Shown piece by piece: positions 1 through 14,215 of a stretch of 64,000 bases of DNA (positions within the stretch are counted from its first letter, which is position 1; the number at the start of each line of letters is the position of its first letter). Location: assembly GCA_964016885.1 (NCBI GenBank), contig OZ024750.1, positions 49,972,001 through 50,036,000 on the forward strand, in the 5' to 3' direction. The notes beneath the pieces are model-generated. The model had not been told where the DNA came from. It saw nothing but the letters and a program-made list of their open reading frames with translations, and did no database searches. This stretch comes from Eledone cirrhosa. Taxonomy: Eukaryota. A program made the translations under genes and the position numbers.

Positions 1-1471
1 GCCACCGCTCCCCGGCTCACAAACTGGGAATGCTACCATTCTGCTACCAGTTAAAGTAGACATCTGCCAAGAGGTCGCCGAACAAGTCTGGCATATACGC
101 ATAAAGCTCGTAAGGCAGTACATCCAAAGCTGGCGATTTACCACTCGTGCAGTCAGACATCGCTTCCCTTATATCATCTGATGTTATCGGCTTTTCACAG
201 CATGCGCTGCAGTCGTCGAGAGCCGCGGGAGTCCGTCGAGGTATGCACCGAAGTCCATACTCCGATCCGGCCCACCGCCGCTCGCGAACATTTGAGCAAA
301 GTGCTGTTGAAAAGCCGCACATATCTGCTCTGGTTCGAGCAACATGCGCCCGTTTTGATCAGGCAAAGACCGGTTTGTGGACTTGTTGCCACGTCGCACC
401 TACACCACCCGGGCCCATTGAACGGGTTTCGTCCTGTCGTCTCTTAGTGCACGCGCTCTAGCTCTGACAACGCAGCCTTCTTGCTTTGCGTTGAAGAATT
501 GGTCGAGTGCCAATCTCGCCGCAAACACGTCGGTTGCGATGCCTGTCGTAAACGCCTCTTCTAGCTTTCTAACTAACTCTCCCTCTACTCTATTTTCCTC
601 TATCACTACTCCTTTGCTAAACCTTATCGATTCTATTCTAATAGCCCTTTTCAGGGTAAACCACCACCTGTTGTTGACGATTCCACCCGTCAACGCATGC
701 GTAACTAATTCGCTAATCCGGTTCCTGTAAGCTTCGCGCGCCGGGAACGACGCATTCAGCTGCCAATAACCGGGCCCTTGCCTCTGGAGTCTATCTAAGT
801 CAACTTCACAGATCACAAATTTGTGGTCCGTGTAGTCGACTACTTTAAATTGTGGACAACCTACACTAGGCTTATCTGTTTCCCTACAGAATACCCTATC
901 TAAAAACGATCTGGATGACCCGATGCAGATTGCCCATGTCCACATTGGCACATTCGCATAATACAGTCTATACTTGTCAGATAGTTCAAAACGTCTGAGC
1001 AGGTTGTTGAGGCTTGTGTACCCTCCTGCCCTGTCTACTAGCCCCAGATAATCCAAGCGTGCCTCTAAGATATTGTACCAGTCGCCCACTAACACTAAAG
1101 AGCGGGACGTTCCAAGAAAGTTCTCTAGACGTCTGAAGAAATCTGGCCGTCCTGCCCCTTTTGGGGCATAGACGGATACTAACCTGAAAGCATTGCCTGC
1201 ACCACCGACTTACCTTCTGGGTCCAGGAAGATGGCCCATATGGCGAGATCCAAGCCTCTCCTAAAATGCACGGCAACCCACTCCCCCCGATACTGGACGG
1301 CTGGGAAATGCGTATATATCGTAGCCGCCGAAGATCGGTGCGAAGACTCGTGCTTCGGAGATTCTGGTCTCCCTGATGGCCACCACATCTATGTTTAGTG
1401 ACCTGAGGTTCTTGAGCACGTGACCCTGCTTCCAAGATGACCCCCAGGCCACGTACATTTATACCGCCCAT
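1..1471 (-). pseudogene. ORF2 (APE endonuclease-reverse transcriptase) of Tx1/L1-like LINE, frameshifted
   Basis: ORF track pieces 986-1471, 1261-1458, 400-1095, 184-399 and 44-322 together give the APE and linker motifs in the expected order. Confidence 0.8.
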
Positions 1472-1518
1472 TCTAAGTACGGCGATGTTGGATGAGAAAC
1501 GTGGTAAGTGAGAAAGGA

Positions 1519-2990
1519 TTACTTACCTTGATCGTGTGGTGAAGGGACTGTAGAACCGTCCCTTTGGCTGGTCATGGGTGTTTCCAAGAGGATGTCGGTG
1601 TATCTCCTTTTGGTAACCGACCCTCTGAAGTTTCCAACTGCGTTGGGGAATTTTTCTTTCAACAGTTTGTAACGTTCTATTTTGATTTTAATTATGTTTA
1701 TGTTTTTCGGGAGAGTTCTTGGTGGTGCTGGTGTATAGTAGCTTTTTTCTTTGATGTCTGTGTGCTGCTTTATATGTTGTAAGAGTTCTTTATTTGCCAT
1801 GATTATGGCTGTGTACTTTTTTGGGGGGGTGGGGGGGATTTTGTACTGTTTTCTTGTTGTTGATGTTGGGTGTGTGTGTTTTATTGTGTTTGCGATGTTG
1901 GTGTTTTTGGTGATGCTGCTAGTGGTGTGGTTGTTGTTGGGGGTGATTCTTGTGGTGGTGATGGTGATGGTGGTGATGTTACTGAAAGTCTCCTTGCAGC
2001 CTTTACCCTCTTTGTTTGCCTTCGCTTTTGGAGTGTGATGCTCAGGGGTTTTTCCTTTTTTGTTTTTGTGGCTGACCGTTTGCCACTTCCCTCCGCCTCA
2101 TACTGCATGTCGGATTCCGTTGAGTCTGGGAGGGGTATGAGCTCCACTACTGTTGGTGGTTGTAGTGGAGCCCATTCCGTTGATTTTGCCGCTGGTGTAG
2201 TTACTGCGACTGTTGGTGTTACCGTCACTGCTGCCGCTGCTTTAGTTGTCCGTGGCCTTGGCATGGGTGCCGCGGACGTTGCCTTCTTAATCACCATGAA
2301 AGTGTCATCTGAGTTTGTTGCCGGCACTGCTCTTGGTAGCAGCGGATCAGGCGTCGGAAGGAGGGGGCCCACTTCTTGGATGTCTTCTGCGTGAAGAAAG
2401 CCCTCATGTGACCCTTCTGCCCACAGAGATAGCACTTTGGCCGCCTTCCTTCCATACTTATAGGGATTTGGAGCCATTCTTCAAGGTCTATGATGTCTGG
2501 GATGGCCTGGATGCATTAGCATTTGCATGCTAATGTCTGGGATGGTCAGTCTGCATTAGCATTTGCATGCCTATTCCTGACCAATTCTCTGTATTTGCAG
2601 TATGGTGGTCTTCTCCACGATTCCAGCCAGTACACTCGGGCCAGCCAAGGTATGGGCATGTCGGGCGGGACCTGGGTCACTTTGACCCTCGCAATTTTCT
2701 GCCCGCAGTAGGAGGGCTCCCATACTATCTCACCACTCATTAGGGTTTCCAAAGAGTGAGACGTCGCCTCTTGGTGTGGTGGCGAAAATTACGTCTACTG
2801 TGGCGTAGTTTTTGCCTCGGGTGATGTGGGATCTGCGCGCTCAGACGCACCCCAAGGCCTTTTGGATTTGAGCCTCCGTGGCTCTCTCCACACGATGTGA
2901 GATTTAGCTTATAGTACGATAAGTCACCCTGCGCAGTTGCTGATCTTTGAAAATAGAGGCTGTTCACATATAGACTACTTAAGTTTTTGT
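1519..2990 (-). pseudogene. ORF1 (gag-like) of Tx1/L1-like LINE, frameshifted
   Basis: ORF pieces 2740-2967, 2546-2752, 1881-2477 and 1519-1800 lie directly upstream of ORF2 on the same strand; low-complexity Pro/Thr C-terminal half. Confidence 0.6.
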
Positions 2991-3574
2991 AGTGGCCCTT
3001 TTCTAGCAGTTAAAAAGAAACTGAAATGCATTTCAACTAACAGAAGTTGATAGCTGTTTCACATCACTTTAGATTTTCTTGGTAGACACAGTTGTCAGCA
3101 AACAGACCCCTTTCATTTAATATTTTTATATTTTCTTTTTTTGTAAGTCGTGATAATGCAACATACATCTGACCATGTGAGAAGAATTGTGTTGGTAGAT
3201 TATACGCTTATATTTTCATTATCTGCCCTTGTGCCTTGTTGAATTTAAGGGTAAAGGCTGGTTAGATTGGAAATATGCATGCGATTAAAGGTGTAAGGGA
3301 ACCTAAGCTCTTGAGATACATGTGGTATCCTTGGGATTAGCAACTTTGTTCCTGCAATGGGACCCAATGCCACTTCCGCTTCAATTACATGATTATAGAA
3401 ACTGATGATGATGAAGCGTGTACCATTGCAATGCCCATTTAGAGGATCCAGATTTCTCAGAAGCATGATGCAACTGCCTCTCTTCAGTTTATGTATGTGT
3501 ATTGGGAAGACTGATGGGTTAAGTTTGTTGGTGAACTCAATTGGATATTGCAGTTCATTATCCACTGTACCAGA

Positions 3575-3760
3575 GGGCCGTGGATTGGCAGTATCAATAG
3601 AGGGTCGGACGCCATGCTTTCCAGCATAGTTACGTCCCTTTACGATCTGAGTTCAAATCCGCCGAGTTTGACTTTGCCTTTCATCCTTACGGGGTCGATA
3701 AAATAAACTACCAGTAATGCACTGGGTAATTGCTGGCCTTGTGCCTAAAATAGAAATAAT
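3575..3760 (+). mobile_element. tRNA-derived Meta-type SINE inserted in the Helitron helicase
   Basis: B-box GAGTTCAAATCC, central GCCTTTCATCCTTACGGGGTCGATAAA; flanked by TSD ATTATC(C/T)ACTGTACCAGAG (3557-3575 / 3759-3777). Confidence 0.9.
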
Positions 3761-6700
3761 TATCTACTGTACCAGAGCTTCTGTAGATTATTTCATGACC
3801 AGGGAACTTGTTGATCATGAACTCATTCACCAATCTTGCTGCATCATTTGTTGGAGTGATAATGGCTCTATTGGCAAGTTTCATGGAAGATAATGGCTCT
3901 ATTGGCCGTTTCCTAGAAGATTTGTATACACAAAATCACACAGTCCAGACACATTACCATATTCCAGACAAAGTTATTTTGGCAGCAGAATTGTGAAGGT
4001 ACCTACAGTTGGGACAGTTGGAATATTACCATTTCCCACATCAAGAATCCTCAGTTAACCGTTGATTGGTGCTCATCACCATGGTTTCCACATAATCCCA
4101 GAGATAGGATGTCTTGAAGGTTGCCTCAATTATTTGTGGTCTAGCACACTGACTTGCAACTGGCTCTTTGCAATCCCGAACATTTTTGAACCTCCTGCCA
4201 AGGCATTCAAAGATATGCTTAGGTCCCATACCAATCTCAGCAATTATTAGCAGGTCAGGTTGTTGCCAAAGTTTACCCGTGGCATCCCTATTTGTGAAGG
4301 AGAAAGTTTATTAAGAAGTCACATTGAGAATAATCTTACACTTGGAATGAAGAGTCCTAACTCTGTGCAGCACCTCATTTACAGAGGTGATTACTTTGTG
4401 AGAAAGAACCAGTTGCTCAGGATTCAATGTTGGCAGAAGTTAATTTATGTTTGCTTGCAGTTGGTGTCTATTGAAATCATTTTCTGCCAAAAGAACCCTG
4501 TTGATTTATGCTATGTCAACAATAGCTGGGTCTGGCTGAGGTAGTCCATAGTTGGCATGAATGCCCAAGCCATCATGTTGAATTTTTGTTGGATCTTCCG
4601 TAGAACAATCTGCACGGTTTGCTTGGATATGTCTTGCTCATGATGTTCATGCATGATATTTTCTGCAAGACAATTCTTCCGTTTCTACCAGAACTGCAGA
4701 GACTCATTTGGCATGCAGGATAATAAATTGGTGTAGATGATCTATCGCAGCTGAGAACCAAGCGTAATGGGTGAGGCCTCTGCCATAGCTTTGTCTTTTT
4801 CTCCATTTTCATCCACCAGATCAAGTTTACTGATGTTTCTCTGAATGTTGGAAATAAAGCTCCTGCAATTGTCCTCGAATCTATGTATGAAGTTGACCCT
4901 GCCTTGTGATGTAGGATCATCCTGAGATACTGTAATTCAGATTGATGTCTACTGACGGATACTGTTGGAATGCGTTCACGAGGTCCACTCACAAATTGTT
5001 GATCACCATCCAGATGTCCCTTTTTTCCTCTTTGCCACTTTTTGTTAATCGAAGTGAAATATTTAGGAATGTCAATATACAATATGTTTTGTGCCAGTGG
5101 GTCTCTAATATTCAGTTGAAAATATTCCGTCAACTTAGTGATGGGTTGTCCCCTAGAAACAATACTTTCTTCCTGCCCTCGCTCATACACGATCATTTGT
5201 TCCCCAGGTAAATGGCAAGGCAACTTTTCAACTGGTGGTTTTCAATGATGTAATGGAAATTTACAGATTCTCCAGAATGCTTCACTGGCTGAGATGTACG
5301 GCGCATTCATATAGGTCTCAATCTCAGTTTGGGCATGGACACAATTTCCTTGATCATCCTTAATAGTGAAAGTGATCTTGTCTGATCCTTTTGTGATGTA
5401 CTTATATAAGTACTTAACAGACTTGACACTGTGGATAACCTGACAATTGACGTGGCACTGATATTTCAATGAGATGAAAGGGTTGTGTGGAACAATCCAA
5501 CGATTATCAACAGTAAACTTTTGACATTTAAGTTGGATTGTGTGGGTGTGACCACCATGCTGTCTATCCCTTCATCTTTACTCCGGAAAGGATTTTTTGT
5601 CAACAAATGTGGTTTGTGTGAATGCCTCGAGATAACTTTTTGTACCAAGCCTTCCATACATGAACACACCATATTAGCTTGTCCACATCGGCCATGAATG
5701 TTGCAGGATGTGATGATCTTATGCAGAATTGAGTTGGTCTCTTTTTCAGGAATCTCAAACTACACAACCTCATCAATGGCATCAGTAGTTTTAGGTTTGC
5801 TATCTTCAGCCATTGTCATCATAATATGAGCATGATTGAAGCGTCGTGTTTGCCACTCTATTGTAGCAGAATGAGCCACAACTTCTCCTAAGATATTTAA
5901 CTTCAGTATGTCATCCATGAGGCTGTCATACTTGATCTTGAAGACTCTTGCACAAATATCAGGATGGTCTCTAGGTTCTTCACCAGAGTGCAAAGTATTT
6001 TTTATTTCATCCCAGTTAGGGTTAGTTGTTACCGTGATGAAATAAGATGGCTTTCCCTTATGTCTAACCACAGTCATCAAATTCTGAAAGCACTCACTGT
6101 AGAAGTGAGGTGAATCATAGATTGAAGGAGGAAGAACAATTCTTCGGCCTGCATTTACTGAATCTCCTTCAGCCACAGCATCATACAAACCCTCATACAT
6201 TTCAGCTCGTATCACGGTTTGATTTTTGCAGGCCCATTTGGGGTGACAATGTTCTATTTTTTGCCAAGGCATCTACAGCATATTGCTTCATCAGCCGCCT
6301 GCTCTTCATGATAATGTTACAGTCACCTTACCTAACCTGAAACCGATAACAGTAGAAATCAGTGAGTGTGAGTGTGCGGTTGTTGTTAATCCTTTTCAAA
6401 CCAACTTGAAACCCATCATTCCCCCAACGAAACAGTAGCACATGAATCAGAGGATCATAAGAACGGTGGAACTTATGAATCCTCTGAAGACCACCATCTC
6501 TTCTATGAATGATGACATCCAAGAGACCTAATGCTGTATCAGGTTGAATAACAGCAATCTCAGATGCCATGGGAAGATTATATGTGCGACAATGAAAATA
6601 AGTGGGCTTTAATTTGTCAGCATGTAGGACAATATTCACATATTCAGAGAGTGGCATTTTAATGACTGACTTGCAGCTTCTTATATAGGTGTTGCAGTAG

Positions 6701-7612
6701 TGCAAGTCTCCCTGCAGGTCCTGCAGGACAGCAGCATCTAAATTAGCATGATCCAAGCGATTCTGAAGTTCATGATCTGTATGATAGAAGTATAGCTGGG
6801 AAAAAATTGGGTGAAGCATCAGTTGGAATTAGTGATCGAATAATATGACAAATCTTACCTTGGATCTTAAATGTGGGACTAAATCCTAGTGCTTTTATCT
6901 ATTTGCAACCAATTGAAGCTAAGGCAGGCACATTGTTATATGATTGTGTCTTATGGAGAAAAGAATTTCCTGCTCCAGTGATATCGAAATATTTCAGTAT
7001 ATTTGCTGGAGGAGGAAAAAGTTGAGGGAGTTTCACTTTTCCCTGGAAGCAGCACAGAGATTTGGGTTCATGTGGCAAGCTCTAAGCTTTGCAGTGTCGA
7101 CAAACAGAGGCAAAGACACTCACTTCATTATGTTGTGGCATTATGGAAAGAACAGTTTTCTCTTGGAAGGTTTCATCTGTAGGATTCTTTGCCAGACCTT
7201 CAATTGACCTGTTCCTTTCTCTTTGAGCGTTTGATGCATTTGTTGTTGGTGTGTTAACTGAATTTTATTTGTAGACAGTTGTTGAGTTGTTGTAGAGAGA
7301 TTATTGTTTGATTTATTGGCCCTCATCTCTCTCTGTCGTTGTACATCTGCTGCCACGCGTTGGGATTTAGATGAGAAATGTTTTCTGCGTCCCATATTCA
7401 CTCTCTGTCATGTATGTATAAATATATGTTATTTCTACAGTGAAATCTTAGAGATAAATATATATAGCTGACACATAATCTACACATAAATATATATAGC
7501 TGACACAGATAAAAGAAATCTTTGAAACAAATGTATGTTTGAAATAAATGAGAGGCGGAATATTATAAACGTTATGAAAGAACGATGGAAATATAACAAC
7601 GTTTATATATAT

Positions 7613-7928
7613 AATTGTTTCTACTTTAGACACAAGGCCAGCAATTAACCAGTGCATTATTGGTACTTTATTTTATCGACCCCCGTAAGGATGAAAGGCA
7701 AAGTTGACCTCGGCGGGATTTGAACTCAGATCGTATATATAATTGTTTCTACTTTAGGCACAAGGCCAGCAATAACCCAGTGCATTACTGGTACTTTAAT
7801 TTATCGACCCCGTAAGGATGAAAGGCAAAGTCAACCTCGGCGGGATTTGAACTCAGATCGTAAAGGGACGTAACTATGCTGGAAAGCATGGTGTCTGACC
7901 CTCTACCGATACTGCCAATCCACCGCCC
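7613..7928 (-). mobile_element. Two tandem Meta-type SINEs (partial 7613-7735, full 7741-7928)
   Basis: Reverse complement of the SINE at 61356-61540, present twice. Confidence 0.9.
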
Positions 7929-8094
7929 TTATATAATGATATAGATTTTGCGTGATTATATCTATACATATACATGTATGATCGTCTACTATTTCATACA
8001 TCAGACACAGAGAGAAGTAGTCATAACAACAGTGGTAGCAGCAAAACGCGTATCAACCAATATATATATATATATATATATATCGATGTATATA

Positions 8095-8660
8095 CTAGCA
8101 CTGGTACCCGGCGTTGCACGGGATAAGGTATTTTGGAACGCTCGCCGCCAACAGACCTAATCGTGGAAAAACTGCATGCCTGGACATTATGTAAAGAAAA
8201 TAAACCGAATACTCTGATGGCTGGATAATCTAAGATTTTCCTCGATGAAGCAGGAGAAAGGCAGGTTTTCACCTAATGCGGGACATAGGGGATCAAGAAA
8301 ATGAATGTTTTTTATGTCCATAATATGCATAATATGCATTGACATTTCGGGAATATCGGCTAGACGTAACGCCTCAAAAAAGCCCTAAAAAACTGAAAAA
8401 GAATGAGGTTTTTCACCTAATAAAAAAGTTGGATTTTCTTTGCTCACGGTATGAAGAAGAAAATGACTAATACATAGTTACAATTTCAAGGAAATCGGTC
8501 TGACGTAACGCCTAAAAAAACCGCTCAAAACATGGAAAAAACGCTATTTTTCACCTAATGCATCAAAAAGTTGAATGTTTTATGTACATAACACTCATTG
8601 ACACGTAAGTAATACACATCTAGAGTTTGAAACAGATCCATTCGGTACTTCTCGGGTTTC
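8095..8660 (-). mobile_element. Non-autonomous Helitron, 3' portion
   Basis: Minus strand ends CCCGTGCAACGCCGGG hairpin, short spacer, CTAG|T; body is homologous to 16468-17010. Confidence 0.75.
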
Positions 8661-8730
8661 ACACACACACACTCACACACACACATACACATACACATAC
8701 ACATATACATACATACATACATACATACAT

Positions 8731-8905
8731 GGTGGCTGCCAACTCATTTTCGAGTACGGCCACTACTTTATATCCATGTAGGAGAACCCCTACCGATCCG
8801 CTGAACGAGTGTGACGTTTTAGTCCAGCCAGCGACTTGAAAACTCTGGTACAAACACTACACTTGTGACAATTATTGACACATAGTGCTGGGCTCATGTT
8901 ACTAT
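8731..8905 (-). mobile_element. RTE-clade LINE 3' end fragment encoding a C2H2 finger
   Basis: CSVCTRVFKSLAGLKRHTRS; 3' terminus GGCCGTACTCGAAAATGAGTTGGCAGCCACC resembles 40245-40275; nearly identical to 25880-26042. Confidence 0.75.
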
Positions 8906-8912
8906 ATGACGA

Positions 8913-8962
8913 CATACATACATACATACATACATACATACATACATACATACATACATACA

Positions 8963-8990
<28 letters not shown>
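8913..8990. repeat. (TACA)n microsatellite
   Basis: Direct reading. Confidence 0.95.
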
Positions 8991-8994
<4 letters not shown>

Positions 8995-9411
8995 CAGTCA
9001 CTATGTATACAGATACATGCATATACAGTCAACGCGATCAGTCGCATATTTTGGGGTGTTTGACTATTTATTAAATTTATGATGAATACTATCTCCGACA
9101 GTAATGCCACAACTACAGTCAGGTTGAATAACTGGTTATTCTTCTAACTATCTCTTCTGAAGAAAACCTTTTATTCGAATTCGTAGAGATATCCGACTAA
9201 ACACATTTTAGCAGTATTGGTTATAGATGATATCGCCACTTTAGCAGGGTGGTAGAATCAGTGGTCGTTAGTTGCCAGTGTGGTAAGTGATAGTATCCTC
9301 GTTGGATTATCTTGTTGACATAGACGTGAGGGAAGGTCCCTCGATCTATTTACCATCTATTTACAATATTCCTTTCGTCAGGTCGCCAATTCCAGCAGCA
9401 TGGATTAAAGA

Positions 9412-9759
9412 TGTCATGGAGACACGAGTAACATAACAACGACTTCAACCGCAGTAATTAGAGATGAAATGTTTGTTTATTTATATGGTTGAAGTTACAG
9501 ATACAAAGAGGTTACCAAATGGAATGTGCCATTGCGCCGTTAAGCCGGCGAGGCTAGTGGTGCAATATCTCACTGTTACATTAAGCGTGTTGCTGGCTTG
9601 AAGTTTCCGGTACAAGAGCGAGATTCTTCAAATCTTCGCGGTGAATTTCTTCCTCAGGGCGCGTAGGGATACATCCTCTTCTACTGGCGCTGATTGGCTG
9701 AACTGAGCCAAATCACGCACAGAGAATGTATGTGAGCCCGCGGAATGTAGGTCACTACA
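9412..9759 (-). mobile_element. Possible solo LTR
   Basis: TGTCATG...CACTACA ends, ~350 bp, AATAAA on minus strand, raised GC; no clear TSD. Confidence 0.3.
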
Positions 9760-9769
9760 ACATAATTCA

Positions 9770-12700
9770 TTTTACAAGGATTTGCTACAAACAGCATGGC
9801 TGAACACAACATCAACACAAAAATTAAGGAAGTACCGAAGAAAAATAACAAGGAAGGTAATCAAATTGTATTCAGTTGTAGCTACAGAAGAAACCGAAAT
9901 TATAAATCGCATTTATCTTGGAGTTGCGAACTTAATAATGATTTATTTAATTGTTATAAAATGGCAAAAAACAATCCCTCTATTGGCTATATGAATAGAA
10001 TGAAGCTACACTGGGACGAAATGCACCCAGAGCTAAATTATTTCACAGCGAAACAATTAGGCCAACAAGCGACGTTTGTTGAACGTAAAAATAAGATAAA
10101 TATTATTAATTGTAAGTCCCGCACAACAAACATGTTATCAACAACACGTGCTACTAGACTTCCTAGCAGCCAGGTCGAATAGCGCCTTGAAACAACTAAG
10201 CCTGTAAGAAACTTGACACCAGCTGTACCATCTAAGTCTACCTCGAATGCTGGGGAAGGCACTATCGATAATAATAATAATCGAAGAAATAATAATAATA
10301 ATCAAAGAAATTTGACACCACGTGTACCATCCGAGTCTACCTCGACTGTTGTGGAAAATACTATCGATAATGATAATAATCAAAAGTATAAACGATTGAA
10401 ATTTCCCTCAACCAAATCTTCCAGAGAGATATTAATTCTGAACGTATTAAAACGACAATGTTTAATAAAAAAACAAATAATGAAATATTACGTGTTATTG
10501 ACAAAATAGGGGATGAACGCCTATTTATATGCCTTAGCAACGACAGTGAAGCATTACCTTGGTGATAGCAGAGATATTAACAAGAACAGTACACCACCAA
10601 AAATACCATCATATATAACTAAAATAGACAAAAAGATTGCTGACCTACGAAAAAACCAAAGGATATGTGACAATGATCCTTACATGCCAACAAACACAAA
10701 AAAACCCTCACTCCTCACCAACAAACAGTGAAAAATAAAATAGAGACGATGTTTGGTAACAGTAGAACCAGAACTCTCCAATATAAGCTGATCACCCTCA
10801 AACAAGAATTGAGAGCTGTTAGCGAAAAACTCCGATACCTGAAGAAGGTAGATGAGAGAAAAGTGCCTAATAAAAGAATCAGACGAACCAAATATCAGTC
10901 TATAGAGATATGAAGGGCAAAATAATAAGTGTCATTGAGGCCCCATCCCAGAAAGACATAGATTCCTTTTGGAGAAAAATATGGGGTGAAAAGAAGAATT
11001 TCAACCAATATGCAGTGTGGCTGAGATAAATCCGAAAGAACTATTGCTCCTACACTACAACAAAAACATACAGAATAAGTGAGCTCATCACAAAACCCCA
11101 GAATACGAAAAACACACTGTAAAAGAACGATCAGCCGAGTACCCTTGAGACTGTGATAGGAAAACTCCAAGATAAGAAAACACCAGGAAGAGACATGATT
11201 GTCGAATACTGGTACAAAAAACGATATTCTATCGGAGGTATCTTACTGGCCTCTAGCAACAAGTTCTTAAGGGAGATACACTTATACCAGAATGGTTGAC
11301 ATTAGCACAAACATTACTGGTCCCCAAGAACAAAGACACCCACCTGGCAAAAAACTAGCGACCCATTGCATGCCAGAAACTGATGTATAAGATTCATACA
11401 GCCTGCCTGAACCTATTCCTCCAAGATCACTGTGAAAATAATAACATCATCACAGATGAACAAGCAGCTGGAAAGAAAGGGGTTTGGGGATGTGCTGAAC
11501 AACTTCTAATAAACCAAACAGCGATATCGGAGGTGCGACAACTTAGGAGGAATATGGCTACAGTCTGGCTGGACTACAGGAAAGCTTTCGATTCTGTTCC
11601 CCACTCTTGGATGATAGAGGCTCTCCAAATTGCTAAAGTCCCAGACATTATAGTCAGAGCCATAGAGAGGCTGTCTTCTTCTTGAGCTACTACCCTAAGG
11701 TTAACGGCATAGAGGGAGGACTCTATTTTCACTGATAGAATAAACTATTTCATAGGTGTATTTCAGGGGGACAGTCTCTCTGTGATATTATCCATCTTGT
11801 CATTACACCCATTGTCCTTTCTGCTCAAGAATTGTGAGGGATACATCATTCGCTTACAGAAGGACAGAAATACGAACCTAAACCATAATTTCTTTGTGGA
11901 CGATCTGAAACTCTATGCCAAGAACATGGATGGGATGAAGATAAATCTATACCTGGTTACAACGTTCTCAAAAGATATAGGAATCGAGTTTGGCCAAGAT
12001 AAATGCTCATATAAAGCGAGGAAAAACAACAACCCAATCTAGCAACATGTTCATCAATGGTCAAATTGTTTCACCGATATCTGATGAGGACTGCTACAGA
12101 TACATGGGGATAGACGAGAACATATCCTATAATGGTATCTGTAATAAAGAACGCGTAACCAGGGAATACTACACCCGATTAAGAAATATCTGGTCATCGG
12201 AACACTCTGCGCAAAACAGTGGCTCATAATGTGTTTGCCGTTCCTGTCCTAACACCAACGTTTGGAATACTCAATTGGACGATAGACGAAATCTGAGCAG
12301 TTGATGTTGGACCTCGAAATATACTGAACAACACCAGAAACTTCCACATCAACAGTGACATAGACCGCCTTTACTTGAAACGTAAGCAGGTAGGCAGAGG
12401 CCTAACATCAGTCCAGACAGTATTTGAGTGTCGCATCATATCTCTCCGACAACATCTACGGACCTCGAAGCGTAGGAGCCCGTTTCTCAAGTAAGTCTAT
12501 CTGCATGAAACAGATAAGATCATGAGAGTCGGGTGGGAACTCCTCGAGAGATATTCCCTGTGTGATAATCAAAAACTCACACCCAGGGAAGTCGCTCAGC
12601 AGTATCGCAGTGAATCCGTGGATGAAAAACTGTATGCCTATCAGCAGAAAATCATGCATGGATATGTTGCCAGGAAGCTCCAGAGTGAGAGTAATATAGA

Positions 12701-13680
12701 TAAGGAAAGTAGTCTATCTTGGACCAACAACCGCTATATTGGCGCCCACTTTGAAGGATGCGCTTTTGCAATACAAGAACAGGAGATTGACACGAAATAA
12801 CTGATTCACAAAAGAGATAGGGATGCAGGCAAAACACCTAGATCTGATAAAAAAGTGCAGACTCTGCAGAACTATCATCGATGATATCACCCATGTCATC
12901 AGCAGCTGTCCAAAGATGTCATCGCGGTACTATCTACTTATGAGGCATGATGTAGTGGCCAACACACTGTACAATGCAGTTCGTAAAAAAGATAGCCCCG
13001 ATAATAAACACATTAAAAGCTACAACAATGTGTAAGACATCCATGTACATAATATGAAAGAGTACTGGTGGAATGTTCCAGTAAAAACCTCAATAAAATG
13101 CAGGCATAACAGACTAGATATTATGATATGAGACAAGGAGAAGAAAGCATGCACGTTAGTGGAAATTAGCTGCCCAGCAGATGCCAATATAATATAAAAG
13201 ATTAGTGAAAACGAGAATATTTATGCGGAACTGATGAGAAATCTGCAGATACTCCACGATGATTACACCTTCAGATTTATGCCTGTGATTATTGGGGCAA
13301 TGGGGTATGTTAGTAACTGCCTCAATACAAATCTTGAGAAGCTAGGCTTCACAGGTACAGAAAGAATACAACTAGTTAGGAAATTACAAGTACAATCCAT
13401 TAATAGAACAGTAAAAATATGTAAAACATTCCAACAATTTGGCATCTAATAACTGCATATACACATGTACAGATGCAAAGCATATACAAATGCACACATA
13501 CAACTCCAAACATACACTTCGACACATACAATATCATCCATATCTACACATGCATGCCTACATACATATCTACCTAGTCGATGTGTAAATTCCAATAAGA
13601 GAATCTTGTGTTTATTTTAGAAACCGACTCTCTCGCTCTCTATTGGTAAAACTTTGTGAAATTATAAAACCAGAAGAATA
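9770..13680 (+). mobile_element. R4/Dong-like LINE (RT plus restriction-like endonuclease), near full length, degenerate
   Basis: RT motifs WLDYRKAFDSVPH, GVFQGDSLS, HNFFVDDLKLY; GGRGL-like motif; CRLC..HVISSC knuckle, RHD motif, C-terminal MPVIIGAMG; ends before (TACA)n. Confidence 0.88.
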
Positions 13681-13724
13681 TACATACATACACCCTTCCT
13701 CAGTTTCATATATATATACATATA

Positions 13725-14179
13725 TAGATTAAATTAACAGATTAAAGTTTAAGCAAATAATCGTTGCTTTCACCCTTAACGGGATCTTCTGAAACTGAAA
13801 TTATCAATCTGTGAACGCAGAAGTAAATATTTCGAAAAACGTTGCAACCGAAGGAAAACAGGAAGACGATACTTTGGTTCGTGAAGACGTTCCCTGGCAA
13901 TAAACAGATAATAGCGAACATAATTCGTCATCAATGTTCCTCAGAATGTCGTAATGCAGACAGCCAGGCATACAGACAGATATTATTAGAGCGTGACGGA
14001 GATAGATAACCGGCGCCTAACACCCTTTTAACAACAACAATTGAAAAATAAAAGCTGCAGTTAATATATTTAGAGCGCAAGGGACATATGAATGCAAGTT
14101 TGAAGTTAATCGGAGTAGAAATGTGGATTTGTATAGACTTTGCAAAAATGACGACACACACATACACAACATCAGTTTT

Positions 14180-14190
<11 letters not shown>
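13725..14190 (-). mobile_element. Non-autonomous Helitron-like repeat, 5' portion
   Basis: Homologous to 17060-17548 and, inverted, to 16040-16250; TATATA-AAAACTG 5' end like 17548. Confidence 0.6.

Positions 14191-14214
<24 letters not shown>

Positions 14215-14215
<1 letters not shown>

Larger units (their letters stand above)
1..3110 (-). mobile_element. Tx1/L1-like non-LTR retrotransposon, 5' part (ORF1, APE endonuclease, start of RT), degenerate; runs off the window edge
   Basis: Minus-strand ORF pieces give APE motifs (INVRGL, VVAIRET, LVGDWYN, FLDRVF, TDHKFV, GPGYWQLN) and pre-RT motif GKSPALDVLPYELY; an upstream Pro/Thr/Lys-rich ORF1; many frameshifts. Confidence 0.85.
3125..7946 (-). 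mobile_element. Helitron (HUH Rep plus Pif1-like helicase), degenerate
   Basis: Rep motifs YFITVTTNP, IEWQTRRFNHAHIM and YLYKYITKG; Helitron N-terminal SQLYFY and HRSYDPL; helicase IMLLRNLDPLNGHCNGTR...LIPRI; candidate TC-TATA-rich 5' end near 7946. Confidence 0.9.

Noticed and set aside
1751-2394. Hydrophobic plus-strand ORFs resembling membrane proteins
   Set aside because: Antisense shadows of the C/A-rich LINE ORF1.
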